From NCBI GenBank assembly GCA_036443505.1, contig JAZFYK010000094.1:14027-38026 (forward strand): DNA of 24,000 bases. The letters run 5' to 3'. This DNA comes from Gammaproteobacteria bacterium (GTDB taxonomy: Bacteria > Pseudomonadota > Gammaproteobacteria > Steroidobacterales > Rariloculaceae). The notes below the pieces were generated by a model. The model saw only the letters and a list, made by a program, of their open reading frames with translations, was not told the origin of the DNA and did not search any database. Position numbers and translations under genes: made by a program. Position 1 is the first letter of the stretch. Each line of letters starts with the position of its first letter. This document shows, piece by piece, positions 8,174-17,412 of this stretch.

Positions 8174-9559
8174 ATGAAGGCGCCGTTCGACATTGCAGCC
8201 GACCTGGACACGCCGGTCTCGGCTTATATCAAGCTCCGGGCGTTCAAGCCGTGCTTTCTACTGGAGAGCGTCGAGGGGGGTGAACGCCTGGCGCGTTATT
8301 CGTTGCTCGGACTCGGTGCCGGGCTGACGCTGGAGCTAAGGACGGACACAATGCGGATCAACGGCGAAGCCGTGCCACGACCGGAGAGCGGCTCGGCCTG
8401 GCGCGACGCGATGCGCGAGACGTTGGCGGCTAGCCCCGCGCTCAACCCGGCCATCGACGGCATTCCATTCGCGGGCGGCCTCGTGGGCGCTACCGGCTAC
8501 GATGTCGTGCGTTACTTCGAGCGGCTCCCGAAGAATCAATCGGAGCTCGACGGGCTCCCGCAGGCTGCTTACATCGCCCCCGAATCCCTGCTGGTATTCG
8601 ACCACCTGACCCGCCGAGTCGCACTGCTCCATTCGGGCACCGAGGCCGAGCGCCAGGCGCTCAGGGAGGAAGTGATTCAAGCCCTGCGCCGCGGCATAGA
8701 CGACGGCACGACCCGGGGTAGTTTCTCCAAGGCTGAGGCCAGCCTCAGCCGGGAAGAGTTCACGGCTGCGGTCGAGCGGTGTAAAGCGCATATTACCGCC
8801 GGTGACATCTATCAGATCGTACTCTCGGTACGTTTCAGCGGCACGACCGACCTCGATCCATTCCAGTGTTACCGCGCCTTGAGGTTGTTGAACCCCTCCC
8901 CCTATATGTATTTCCTTGAGCTCGATGACCTCACGATCGCCGGGTCTTCGCCCGAAGCCCTCGTGCGTCTGGATGGCCGTAGTGCCTCGCTGAGCCCGAT
9001 CGCGGGCACGCGGCCCCGCGGCCGGACCAGCGAAGAGGACCTCGCCCTGGAGAAAGAGCTACTCGGCGACCCCAAGGAGAACGCGGAACACGTCATGCTC
9101 GTGGATCTCGCCCGCAACGACCTCGGCCGCGTTGCATCGGCCGGCTCCGTGCACGTGAGCCCGTACCGGACGATCGAGCGGTACAGCCATGTCATGCACA
9201 TCGTGAGCGGCGTACACGGCGAGCTCGTCGCGGACAAGGACGCGCCGGACCTGTTCACGGCGACCTTTCCTGCGGGCACGCTCGTCGGCGCGCCCAAGGT
9301 GCGTGCGATGGAGCTCATTGCCGGCATGGAGCCCGTGGGCCGTGGACTCTACGGTGGCACGGTCGGCTATTTTGCCAAGAGCGGCAACATGGACCAGGCC
9401 ATTACTATCCGGACGATGGTCTTCCACGGCCGCGAGTATAGTTTCCAGGCCGGCGCCGGCATCGTGGCGGACAGCGACCCCGAACGTGAGTACGAGGAGG
9501 TACTGGCGAAAAGTGCCGTCCTGAGGCGTGCCCTGGAGATCGCGGAGGAAGGATTGTGA
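8174..9559 (+). CDS. trpE: Anthranilate synthase component I
   Basis: 461 aa. Has the Trp-feedback region [15 protein letters not shown] and the chorismate-binding C-terminal motifs GGTVGYF and [16 protein letters not shown]. Confidence 0.95.
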   Translation: MKAPFDIAADLDTPVSAYIKLRAFKPCFLLESVEGGERLARYSLLGLGAGLTLELRTDTMRINGEAVPRPESGSAWRDAMRETLAASPALNPAIDGIPFAGGLVGATGYDVVRYFERLPKNQSELDGLPQAAYIAPESLLVFDHLTRRVALLHSGTEAERQALREEVIQALRRGIDDGTTRGSFSKAEASLSREEFTAAVERCKAHITAGDIYQIVLSVRFSGTTDLDPFQCYRALRLLNPSPYMYFLELDDLTIAGSSPEALVRLDGRSASLSPIAGTRPRGRTSEEDLALEKELLGDPKENAEHVMLVDLARNDLGRVASAGSVHVSPYRTIERYSHVMHIVSGVHGELVADKDAPDLFTATFPAGTLVGAPKVRAMELIAGMEPVGRGLYGGTVGYFAKSGNMDQAITIRTMVFHGREYSFQAGAGIVADSDPEREYEEVLAKSAVLRRALEIAEEGL

Positions 9560-10149
9560 GCACCCGTCTCCTGTTAATCGATAACTACGACTCTTTCACC
9601 TACAACCTCGTGCAGGCCTTTCTCGTGCTTGAAGCGGAGGTCATGGTGTACCGCAATGATGCCATCGATGTCGGCGAGGCGGCCGAGCTCAATCCCACTC
9701 ACCTGGTCATCTCGCCGGGCCCGGGCCGCCCCGAAGATGCCGGGAGATCGCTGGCGATGATCGAGGCCTTCGCCGGGAAGATCCCGATGCTTGGCGTCTG
9801 TCTCGGCCATCAATGTATTGTCCAGCACTTCGGCGGGGAGATCGTAGCCGCCGGCGTCCTCATGCACGGTAAGACGTCCCGGGTCGAGCACGACGGGTAC
9901 ACGCTCTACCGTGGCTTGCCGAGCCCCTTCCCGGCCGGGCGTTATCACTCACTGGCCGCCGATCGACGCAGGATCCCGAAGACCCTGCAGGTGTCCGCAA
10001 CGACCGACGTGGATGAAGTCATGGGCGTCCGCCACCAGGAGCTGCCGATAGAAGGCGTCCAGTTCCATCCGGAAAGCGTACTGACACCGGCTGGCCCCTC
10101 CTTACTCGAGAATTTCCTCTACCCCGAACGGGCCGCCAGCCGAGGGTAG
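9556..10149 (+). CDS. trpG: Anthranilate synthase component II (glutamine amidotransferase)
   Basis: 197 aa. Motifs [15 protein letters not shown], catalytic Cys in GVCLGHQ, and VQFHPES. The GTG start overlaps the trpE stop (GTGA at 9556-9559). Confidence 0.95.
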   Translation: MSTRLLLIDNYDSFTYNLVQAFLVLEAEVMVYRNDAIDVGEAAELNPTHLVISPGPGRPEDAGRSLAMIEAFAGKIPMLGVCLGHQCIVQHFGGEIVAAGVLMHGKTSRVEHDGYTLYRGLPSPFPAGRYHSLAADRRRIPKTLQVSATTDVDEVMGVRHQELPIEGVQFHPESVLTPAGPSLLENFLYPERAASRG

Positions 10150-10165
10150 CCTAAGGAGCCGAACG

Positions 10166-11200
10166 ATGAGTGCCGACGCGGTTGAATTGCTGGAACGGGT
10201 ATTGGCGGGCTCGGATCTCAGCGAGGCGGAGGCCGCCTGGATTCTCAGATCGATGGCCGAAGACGATCTCGCGCCCGCCCTGTCCGGTGCGCTCCTGATC
10301 GGCCTGAGGTGCAAGGGTGAGGCCGCGAGCGAGATACGCGGTTTCGCTCAGGCGATGCGGGAACTCGCGCGACGACCGGATATTCCGACTGGGGGCGCAT
10401 ACGTCGATATCGTCGGTACCGGGGGCGATAGCTCCGGTAGTCTGAATCTGTCCACAGGCAGCGCTTTGCTGGCCGCGGCCTGTGGACTTTCGGTCGTCAA
10501 ACACGGCAATCGCTCAATCTCGAGCCGCTCCGGCAGCGCGGACGTGCTCGAAGCGCTCGGTCTCCCGATGCCACTCGATGAAAAAGAGGCCGGCCGGAGC
10601 CTGAAGGCATTGGGCTTTACATTCCTGTTCGCGCCGCACTACCACCCGGCTATGAAGTCCATCGGCCCGGTACGCGGCGCCCTCGGCGTACGTACGGTGT
10701 TCAACATTCTTGGCCCGCTCGCGAACCCGGCCGCACCGCCATTCCATGTCATCGGGGCATTCAGCGAGGAAATGGCCGAGATCATGGCGCAGACGCTCTC
10801 CGGCATGGATGCCGAGCGAAGCTTCGTCGTCCACGGCGCGCCGGGCTGGGATGAGGCGACGCCGGTCGGACCGTTCCACTGCTTCGATGTCCGGCCGGGC
10901 ATGGTACAACGCAGCGTTCGCGACCCCGCCGACCTGGGCCTCACACGCTGCGGTGCCGACGAGCTGCTCGGCGGCGAGGCGCCGGAGAACGGCGACAGAC
11001 TCGCGGCTGCGCTTCGCGGCGAGGACACGCAGGCGCACCGCGACGCGCTGGTGCTGGGTGCAGCCCTGGCGCTCGAGGTCACGGGCACGGAGCCCGATGC
11101 CGAGCGCGCAGTCGAGCGAGCTCGCGAGACGCTAAAGGACGGCACTGCAGCCGAGTTTCTGCAACGTCTGCAGGAGTTCGGACGGGAGCTGCGCGCGTGA
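10166..11200 (+). CDS. trpD: Anthranilate phosphoribosyltransferase
   Basis: 344 aa. Has VDIVGTGGDSSGSLNLST (PRPP-binding signature) and KHGNRSISSRSGSADVLEALG. AAGGAG sits about 8 nt upstream of the ATG. Confidence 0.95.
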   Translation: MSADAVELLERVLAGSDLSEAEAAWILRSMAEDDLAPALSGALLIGLRCKGEAASEIRGFAQAMRELARRPDIPTGGAYVDIVGTGGDSSGSLNLSTGSALLAAACGLSVVKHGNRSISSRSGSADVLEALGLPMPLDEKEAGRSLKALGFTFLFAPHYHPAMKSIGPVRGALGVRTVFNILGPLANPAAPPFHVIGAFSEEMAEIMAQTLSGMDAERSFVVHGAPGWDEATPVGPFHCFDVRPGMVQRSVRDPADLGLTRCGADELLGGEAPENGDRLAAALRGEDTQAHRDALVLGAALALEVTGTEPDAERAVERARETLKDGTAAEFLQRLQEFGRELRA

Positions 11201-12048
11201 CGGCCGACTCTTTTCTGGATCGTATGCTTAACGCCAGCCGCGAACGCGTCGGGTTGGCGCGCGCCCAAGAGTCCGAAGCCGCGCTGCGAGCCCGGGCGAT
11301 GCGTAAGGCAGCCCCACCGACCCTGCGACTCGGCGAGTTCGACCTGATCGCGGAGTTGAAACTTCGTTCGCCCGCCGCCGGTGCCCTGGCCGAGCCAGAC
11401 TTCGATCGGCACGCTCAACTTAACGCATACGCCACCGGCGGAGCCGCCGCGATCTCCGTACTGACCGAACCGGATGAGTTCAACGGCAGCCTGGCCCATC
11501 TTCAGGAGGCCGCGTCGGCTCTGGAGCCCCATGGCATTCCGGCAATGCGCAAGGATTTTCTCACCGATCCCTATCAGGTGCTGGAAGCGAAAGCGGCAGG
11601 AGCCGGAGGCGTCCTGGTCATCGTGACGATGCTCACGGATGCCGAAGTGGAAGCCCTTCTGGCATGTGCCCGAGAGTGCGGCCTGTTTGTCCTGCTCGAG
11701 GCTTTCAACGCCGACGATCTCGCGCGGATCGTCAAACTCGTGGACGCCAGGCCGCCCGGGCCCGAGGCGGCGCCCGTGTTGTGTGGCGTGAACTGTCGTG
11801 ATCTAAAAAGCCTGGCGGTCGACTTCGACCGATTCGCGGCGCTCGCCGAGCATTTGCCGGAGGGACTCACGGCGGTCGCAGAAAGCGGGGTGCGCGGCGT
11901 AGACGAGATCCGTGCGCTCGCGCAACTGGGATACCGTGCCGCGCTCGTGGGATCGGCGCTCATGCAATCGAGTGAACCTGTTGCCGCCGTCGCCCGGCTC
12001 ATCGCCGCCGGCACCGAGCGGCTCGCGGAGATGCGCGCATGTTCATAA
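11197..12048 (+). CDS. trpC: Indole-3-glycerol-phosphate synthase
   Basis: 283 aa. Has IAELKLRSPAAG and GVNCRDLKSL (compare E. coli ILECKKASPSKG / GINNRDLRDL). The GTG start overlaps the trpD stop (GTGA at 11197-11200). An in-frame ATG at 11224 is an alternative start. Confidence 0.92.
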   Translation: MTADSFLDRMLNASRERVGLARAQESEAALRARAMRKAAPPTLRLGEFDLIAELKLRSPAAGALAEPDFDRHAQLNAYATGGAAAISVLTEPDEFNGSLAHLQEAASALEPHGIPAMRKDFLTDPYQVLEAKAAGAGGVLVIVTMLTDAEVEALLACARECGLFVLLEAFNADDLARIVKLVDARPPGPEAAPVLCGVNCRDLKSLAVDFDRFAALAEHLPEGLTAVAESGVRGVDEIRALAQLGYRAALVGSALMQSSEPVAAVARLIAAGTERLAEMRACS

Positions 12049-12626
12049 AGATCTGCGGAATGACGAGCGACGACGCCGTACACGCGGCGGTCTCAGCGGG
12101 CGCGGATGCCTTAGGCTTCGTTTTCGCCGACTCGAGCCGACGCGTGACTCCGGACCAGGCCGTGCGGCTTTGCCAGGATCTACCCGTCGGTTTGGTCCGC
12201 GTGGCCGTCATGCGTCACCCTAGCACCGAAGAGTGGCAAGCAGTTCGTGAACGATTCGCACCGGACTGGCTGCAGACCGAGGCCGAGGATCTGGAGGCAC
12301 TCGAGCTTCCGGCTGAGTGCCGGCCGTTGCCGGTTTATCGGAACGGCCAGAGGACTCCCGCCAGACTTCCAGCACGCATGCTCTTCGAGGGAAAGCGGAG
12401 TGGCGCGGGCGAGGTGGCGGACTGGCGCGAGGCCGCGTCGATCGCGACCGAAACGCAGATGATCCTGGCGGGCGGCCTGGACGCGGACAACGTGGCAGAC
12501 GCGATCCACACCGTCGAGCCCTGGGGGATCGACGTCTCCAGTGGAGTCGAACGCGAGCCGGCAGAGAAAGACCCGGAGAAAATCAGGTTGTTTATCGCCC
12601 GAGCGCGGGCAGCGGAGACACGGTAA
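12039..12626 (+). CDS. trpF: Phosphoribosylanthranilate isomerase (stand-alone, not fused to trpC)
   Basis: 195 aa. The N-terminus MFIKICGMT is typical of PRAI, with ...ILAGGL...GIDVSSGVE near the C-terminus. Overlaps trpC by 10 nt. Confidence 0.9.
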   Translation: MFIKICGMTSDDAVHAAVSAGADALGFVFADSSRRVTPDQAVRLCQDLPVGLVRVAVMRHPSTEEWQAVRERFAPDWLQTEAEDLEALELPAECRPLPVYRNGQRTPARLPARMLFEGKRSGAGEVADWREAASIATETQMILAGGLDADNVADAIHTVEPWGIDVSSGVEREPAEKDPEKIRLFIARARAAETR

Positions 12627-13879
12627 TGACGACGAAGGAGCACGAGGCCCTATTCGAGGCATTGCTCGATGGCAGGCTACCTGATGCCGAGGGCCGGTTC
12701 GGGCCCTATGGAGGTCGTTACGTACCCGAAACGCTGATGCCCGCGATCAATCGGCTCACGGAAGGCGTCTACCGGAGCTTGCCGGATCCGGAATTCCAAC
12801 GGCGCTTGAAGGAGGAACTGACGGGTTGGGTGGGTCGTCCGACCGCGTTGGCCGAGGCGCCGCGGCTGTCGGAGCGTTGGGGCGCCGAGGTCTGGCTCAA
12901 ACGCGAGGATCTGGCTCATACCGGCGCCCATAAGATCAACAATACGATCGGCCAGGCGTTGTTGGCGCAGACACTCGGCGCGACCCGGGTCGTGGCCGAG
13001 ACCGGTGCCGGTCAGCATGGCGTCGCCGCGGCCGCCGCGTGCGCCCGAGTGGGGCTCCCGTGCACGGTATACATGGGCGAGGTGGACGTGGCCCGACAGG
13101 CACCGAACGTGGACCGCATGGTCCGGCTCGGCGCGACAGTCGTCCCGGTCAGCTCCGGAGATCGTACCCTCCGAGCGGCGATCGACGAGGCCATGAGGGA
13201 TTGGGTATCCGACCCCGACGAGACCTATTATCTGTTGGGCTCGGCAGTTGGGCCGCACCCCTATCCTTACCTAGTCAGGGAGCTACAGGCCGTGATCGGC
13301 CGCGAAGCGCGTGAGCAACTCATGGCGTGTTCGAGGCTGCCGGATGCGGCTTTCGCCTGCGTCGGTGGGGGCTCCAATGCAATCGGGCTCTTTCACGGCT
13401 TCCTGGCAGACCGTCAGGTGAAGCTCTTCGGCGTAGAGGCCGGCGGCCGTGGACCGGCGCTGGGCGAGAACGCCGCGACGCTGGCGGCGGGTCGGCCGGG
13501 GGTACTCCACGGTAGCCACTCCATGCTGCTCTACGATGACGACGGCCAGATACAGGAAACCCATTCGGTCTCGGCCGGCCTGGATTATCCCGGTGTCGGC
13601 CCGGAGCATTCGTTGCTTAAGCTCATCGGCCGCGTGGAGTACGTGACGGCTAGCGACGCCGAAGCGCTGGAGGCGCTCGATGAGTGCTGTTTGCTCGAGG
13701 GCATACTGCCCGCGCTGGAGTCGGCCCATGCTTTGGCGGGCGCAAGGCGCTGGGCCAAAGCGCACCCCAAGGCTCGGATCCTGATCGGCCTGTCGGGCCG
13801 CGGCGACAAAGACATGCCCATCCTCGCTGAGTATTCGGCAGGCGACGCCGACAAGGGGACGGTAATTGCAGCCGCATGA
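12626..13879 (+). CDS. trpB: Tryptophan synthase beta chain
   Basis: The track ORF starts at 12317, but homology begins at MTTKEHEALFEALLDGRLPDAEGRFGPYGGRYVPETL. That ATG, at 12626-12628, overlaps the trpF stop as TAATG. PLP lysine in HTGAHKINN. Also GGGSNAIG. 417 aa from this start. Confidence 0.95.
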   Translation: MTTKEHEALFEALLDGRLPDAEGRFGPYGGRYVPETLMPAINRLTEGVYRSLPDPEFQRRLKEELTGWVGRPTALAEAPRLSERWGAEVWLKREDLAHTGAHKINNTIGQALLAQTLGATRVVAETGAGQHGVAAAAACARVGLPCTVYMGEVDVARQAPNVDRMVRLGATVVPVSSGDRTLRAAIDEAMRDWVSDPDETYYLLGSAVGPHPYPYLVRELQAVIGREAREQLMACSRLPDAAFACVGGGSNAIGLFHGFLADRQVKLFGVEAGGRGPALGENAATLAAGRPGVLHGSHSMLLYDDDGQIQETHSVSAGLDYPGVGPEHSLLKLIGRVEYVTASDAEALEALDECCLLEGILPALESAHALAGARRWAKAHPKARILIGLSGRGDKDMPILAEYSAGDADKGTVIAAA

Positions 13880-14627
13880 GCAGCTGCGCCAGGCCCTGAC
13901 ACTCGACGGCGCGCCGGCGCTGATCGCTTTCGTCACGGCCGGTTACCCCGAGCCGGAGCGATTCCTCGAGGTGCTGCGGGAAATCGGCGAGGCCGCCGAT
14001 GCCGTGGAGATCGGCGTGCCGTTCACGGATCCGATGGCGGATGGCGTCACGGTACAGCGTGCGAGCCAGGCCGCCCTGCAACGAGGCGTTAGTCTGCGCT
14101 GGATATTCGCTCAACTCGCGTCCCGTGAGTTCGAGTTGCCGGCGCCCGTGCTGCTCATGAGCTACCTGAACCCACTTTTGGCGTTCGGCTTCCGGCGCCT
14201 CGCTGAGCGCGCGCTGGAGACGGGAGTCAGCGGGTTCATCGTGCCGGACCTGCCCTATGAGGAATGTACGCCGCTGAAAACCGAGTTGGACGCGCAGGGT
14301 CTTGCGCTCGTGCAGCTCGTGACACCCGCGACGCCAGTCGAACGGCTGCATATTCTTTGCGCGGCCAGCGGGGGGTTCGTCTACGCCGTGACCCGCACGG
14401 GCATCACCGGCGGCACCGAGAGCCTGCCCGAAGAGCTCACCGAGTATCTCGCGGAGGTGAAGCGCGCCTCGAGTCTCCCCGTGTGCGCGGGGTTCGGGGT
14501 CCGCGAACGAGAGCAGGTTCGGCTCATCGCGGAACACGCCGACGGGGTCATCGTCGGCTCGGCACTGCTCGAGGCGCTCGAGGCCGGCCAACCCCCCGGG
14601 GCTTTTTTGACTGCGCTCCGCCCGTGA
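13866..14627 (+). CDS. trpA: Tryptophan synthase alpha chain
   Basis: 253 aa. Has GVPFTDPMADG (E. coli GIPFSDPLADG) and IAFVTAGYP. The first codon is TTG at 13866, immediately after an in-frame TAA (13863-13865). AAGGGGA lies at 13853-13859 as SD. The ATG at 13876 is out of frame. Overlaps trpB by 14 nt. Confidence 0.9.
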   Translation: MQPHEQLRQALTLDGAPALIAFVTAGYPEPERFLEVLREIGEAADAVEIGVPFTDPMADGVTVQRASQAALQRGVSLRWIFAQLASREFELPAPVLLMSYLNPLLAFGFRRLAERALETGVSGFIVPDLPYEECTPLKTELDAQGLALVQLVTPATPVERLHILCAASGGFVYAVTRTGITGGTESLPEELTEYLAEVKRASSLPVCAGFGVREREQVRLIAEHADGVIVGSALLEALEAGQPPGAFLTALRP

Positions 14628-14669
14628 ACTCGAACGTGATAGCGTAAGGCATTCCGCCGGAGCGAGCTG

Positions 14670-14987
14670 ATGAAGAGAGTGATTGCGCACGATTCGCTGG
14701 CCTACGTCGGGCTCTTGAAGAACGTGCTCGAGCAATCCGGAATCGGCTGCGTCATCAGAAACGATCAGCTTTCCGGCGGACTCGGCGAGATCCCGTTCCT
14801 GGAGTGCCTACCGGAGCTCTGGGTGTTCGAGGATAAGGACCTGGCGCGCGCGACGACGCTGTTGAAGAATCTCGAGGAGTCGCCCGAGACGACGGCGCAA
14901 TGGCGCTGCGCGGACTGCGGCGAGTTCAATGACGGGCAGTTCGGGGCGTGCTGGCATTGCGGCACCGCGGATACTCATGGTGCATAA
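14670..14987 (+). CDS. DUF2007-family small protein (PII-like 'putative signal transducing protein' fold) with a C-terminal CxxC...CxxC zinc-ribbon
   Basis: 105 aa. The N-terminal 70 aa (MKRVIAHDSLAYVGLLKNVLEQSGIGCVIRNDQLSGGLGEIP...ELWVFEDKDLARATTLL) match the DUF2007 pattern as I remember it. The C-terminal WRCADCGEFNDGQFGACWHCG is a 4-Cys knuckle. GGAG sits about 9 nt upstream of the ATG. Confidence 0.7.
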   Translation: MKRVIAHDSLAYVGLLKNVLEQSGIGCVIRNDQLSGGLGEIPFLECLPELWVFEDKDLARATTLLKNLEESPETTAQWRCADCGEFNDGQFGACWHCGTADTHGA

Positions 14988-15013
14988 ATACCCAGGCGCG
15001 TGGGAGGTGGCCC

Positions 15014-15784
15014 GTGACGACGAATCATGAAACGCAAGACGCAGCTTCTCCGATAGCCTGCGTTCTTCTCATCGGGAATGAGCTTCTCTCCGGCAAGACA
15101 CAGGATGCGAATCTTAAGTATCTCGGCTCGGAACTTGCAGAGCTCGGTGTCCGTCTCGTCGAGGCACGAGTGCTTCCGGATGATGAGGATGTCATCGTCA
15201 CGACGCTGAACGAGTGTCGAGAGCGGTTCGACTACGTCTTCACGACCGGTGGAATCGGTCCGACCCACGACGATATCACCGCCCGGTGTATTGCGACCGC
15301 ATTCGGGCGGGACCTGATTCTGGACGAGGAAGCCGTCGCGCGACTGCGGCGCGGCACATTCGAACTCAATGAGGCGCGTTTGAAGATGGCGCGCGTACCG
15401 GAAGGCGCAACCCTGATTGACAATCCGCTGAGCTACGCTCCCGGCTTCCGGGTCGAGAACGTCTTTGTGCTCGCCGGTATACCGAGCGTGGCGCGGGCGA
15501 TGTTCGAGACCATAGCGGCTGAGCTCGCTGTCGGAACTCCCATTCACTCTAGAAATGTCGATGTGTTTCTTCGCGAAGGCGATATCGCAGGGCCGCTCGA
15601 GCACATCGCATCGCAATATCCCGAGTTAGATATCGGCAGTTATCCGTTCTCCCGGGACGGTCGCTTCGGTGCGAATCTTGTCGTGCGCGGCACGGACGTC
15701 GGACGGCTCGAGCAGGCCCTGGCGCAGATCGTCGCCGCCATGACCGAACTCGGGGATGAGTCGAGCGTCGGCCCGCCCTCTTAG
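15014..15784 (+). CDS. CinA N-terminal-type / MoCF-biosynthesis (COG1058) domain protein, lacking the CinA C-terminal deamidase domain
   Basis: Has ACVLLIGNELLSGKTQDANLKYLGSELAELGV... and YVFTTGGIGPTHDDIT, typical of the MoaB/MogA/CinA-N fold. I place the start at GTG 15014, 6 nt after GGAGG (15003-15007), rather than the track start at 14948. The earlier start would overlap the upstream gene by 40 nt. Confidence 0.8.
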   Translation: MTTNHETQDAASPIACVLLIGNELLSGKTQDANLKYLGSELAELGVRLVEARVLPDDEDVIVTTLNECRERFDYVFTTGGIGPTHDDITARCIATAFGRDLILDEEAVARLRRGTFELNEARLKMARVPEGATLIDNPLSYAPGFRVENVFVLAGIPSVARAMFETIAAELAVGTPIHSRNVDVFLREGDIAGPLEHIASQYPELDIGSYPFSRDGRFGANLVVRGTDVGRLEQALAQIVAAMTELGDESSVGPPS

Positions 15785-17403
15785 CGCGGCCGCAGACTAA
15801 GAACCAGACCGGCCGCCGCCGCGAGCCACCCGGCCCAACTCGGATCGGCCTCGAGGCCGATCCAGAGTACACCGGCGATCAGCAACCCCGCGCTCGAAAT
15901 CGGGTGGTCAGCGATCCTGGTCACGCGGAAGAACCTGCCGACTTGCCGCGGTGCATCCTGAGGCGGGTCCGCCGGTTCCTCGTCCACGACTCCACGCAAC
16001 ACCCGATGGATGACCTCGGGCAGTAGGAGGAGGTCTTCGCTGATGTCCGGCCAATTCCTGAGCAGTTGCTCGAGATGAGCTCTCGGGTTCGTGCGTCGCT
16101 TCATCCAGTCTTCCAGGAACGGCTTGGCGGTCTGCCACAAGTCCAGCTCCGGATGGAGCTGCCTGCCGAGTCCCTCGATGTTGAGCAAGGTCTTTTGAAG
16201 CAGCACAAGCTGAGGCTGCACTTCCATACGAAACTGCCGCGCCGTCTCGAACAGCTTCAGCAACACAAGCCCGAAGGAGATGTCTTTCAACGGTTTGTCG
16301 AATATCGGCTCGCAGACCGAACGCACGGCAGACTCGAGTTCGTCCACGCGTGTATCGGGCGGGACCCACCCCGAATCGACATGAAGCTTGGCGACGCGAT
16401 AGTAGTCACGCTTGAAAAATGCGAGAAAGTTCGCGGCTAGATAATGTCGGTCGCGGGCACTGAGGCTGCCCACGATGCCAAAGTCCACCGCGACGTAGCG
16501 TGGGCGTTCCGGGTCTTCAACATCGACGAAGATATTGCCCGGGTGCATGTCGGCATGGAAAAAATTATGCTGGAAAACCTGCGTAAAGAAAATCTCTACG
16601 CCGTTCTCCGCGAGCCGAACGATATTCGTACCCTGCGCCCTGAGCGCATCGACATCGCTGATGGGGATACCTGAGATCCGTTCCATGGTCAGGACGTCTG
16701 GACGGCAATAGTCCCAATAGATCTCCGGCACGTAGAGCTGGCTGGAACCTTCGAAATTGCGCCTGAGCTGTGCCGCATTCGCCGCTTCCCGCATAAGATC
16801 CAGTTCTTTATAGAGTGTCTTCTCGAACTCGCTGACAACTTCCACGGGTCGAAGACGCCGGCCGTGCTGCCAGTAGCGCTCAGCCAGCCCCGCGATGGCG
16901 TAGAGCACTTCCAGGTCCTGCTGGATCAGCTTGCGTACACCCGGACGCAGGATTTTCACGACGACGGCTTCGCCACCTTCGAGCCGGGCCGAGTGCACTT
17001 GTGCGACCGAGGCCGCCGCCAACGGTTGCCGCTCGAATTCCGCGAAGACGTCGTCTACGGGCGCGCCGAATGCTTGTTCGAGAATCGTGAGTGCCACTTC
17101 GGAGTCGAACGGCGGAACCTGATCCTGGAGTTTGACTAGTTCCTTGGCGATATCTGGCGGCAGCAGGTCGCCACGAGTAGAAACAGCCTGGCCGAACTTG
17201 ACGAAGATCGGCCCGAGCTCCTCGAGTGCCTGACGAATTCTCGCCCCCAGAGGTTCTCGACGACGTCCCCACCGTGGCACGAGGCGCCGTAACCAACCGA
17301 CCGGCCTGAGCAGATGTGTCGCCCAGATGAATTCGTCCAAGCCGTGTTTTATTAGCACGCGCTGGATGGCCAGAAGGCGGAAGACTAACCGGTACCGTCG
17401 CAT
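15781..17403 (-). CDS. ubiB: Ubiquinone biosynthesis protein UbiB (ABC1/ADCK atypical kinase family)
   Basis: 540 aa. Has AASVAQVHSARL and FFHADMHPGNIFV (E. coli SASIAQVHAARL / FHADMHPGNIFV). The C-terminus carries a hydrophobic anchor. Lies downstream of ubiE-ubiJ, as in E. coli. Confidence 0.93.
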   Translation of the reverse strand: MRRYRLVFRLLAIQRVLIKHGLDEFIWATHLLRPVGWLRRLVPRWGRRREPLGARIRQALEELGPIFVKFGQAVSTRGDLLPPDIAKELVKLQDQVPPFDSEVALTILEQAFGAPVDDVFAEFERQPLAAASVAQVHSARLEGGEAVVVKILRPGVRKLIQQDLEVLYAIAGLAERYWQHGRRLRPVEVVSEFEKTLYKELDLMREAANAAQLRRNFEGSSQLYVPEIYWDYCRPDVLTMERISGIPISDVDALRAQGTNIVRLAENGVEIFFTQVFQHNFFHADMHPGNIFVDVEDPERPRYVAVDFGIVGSLSARDRHYLAANFLAFFKRDYYRVAKLHVDSGWVPPDTRVDELESAVRSVCEPIFDKPLKDISFGLVLLKLFETARQFRMEVQPQLVLLQKTLLNIEGLGRQLHPELDLWQTAKPFLEDWMKRRTNPRAHLEQLLRNWPDISEDLLLLPEVIHRVLRGVVDEEPADPPQDAPRQVGRFFRVTRIADHPISSAGLLIAGVLWIGLEADPSWAGWLAAAAGLVLSLRPR

Positions 17404-17412
17404 GTCGCTTCG

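Noticed and set aside
12317-12625. The 103-codon N-terminal extension of the trpB ORF, overlapping trpF.
   Set aside because: The extension is RG-rich nonsense (…GRGGGLARGRVDRDRNADDPGGRPGRGQRGRRD…) and overlaps trpF in another frame. TrpB homology begins exactly at the ATG in the TAATG junction at 12626.
13650-14735. A 361-aa minus-strand ORF antisense to trpB/trpA. Similar antisense ORFs occur at 10639..11532 (297 aa), 13283..13936, 12677..13258, 4525..5292 and 4820..5479.
   Set aside because: Same reasoning. They have no motifs and an Arg/Gly/Pro-biased composition, and each is embedded opposite a strongly supported gene (trpD/C/B/A or the ABC exporter).
14948-15013. The upstream ATG start for the CinA-N-like gene, which overlaps the DUF2007 gene by 40 nt.
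   Set aside because: The GTG at 15014 is preceded by GGAGG at the right spacing and removes the overlap. The extra 22 residues (MLALRHRGYSWCINTQARGRWP) show no family similarity.
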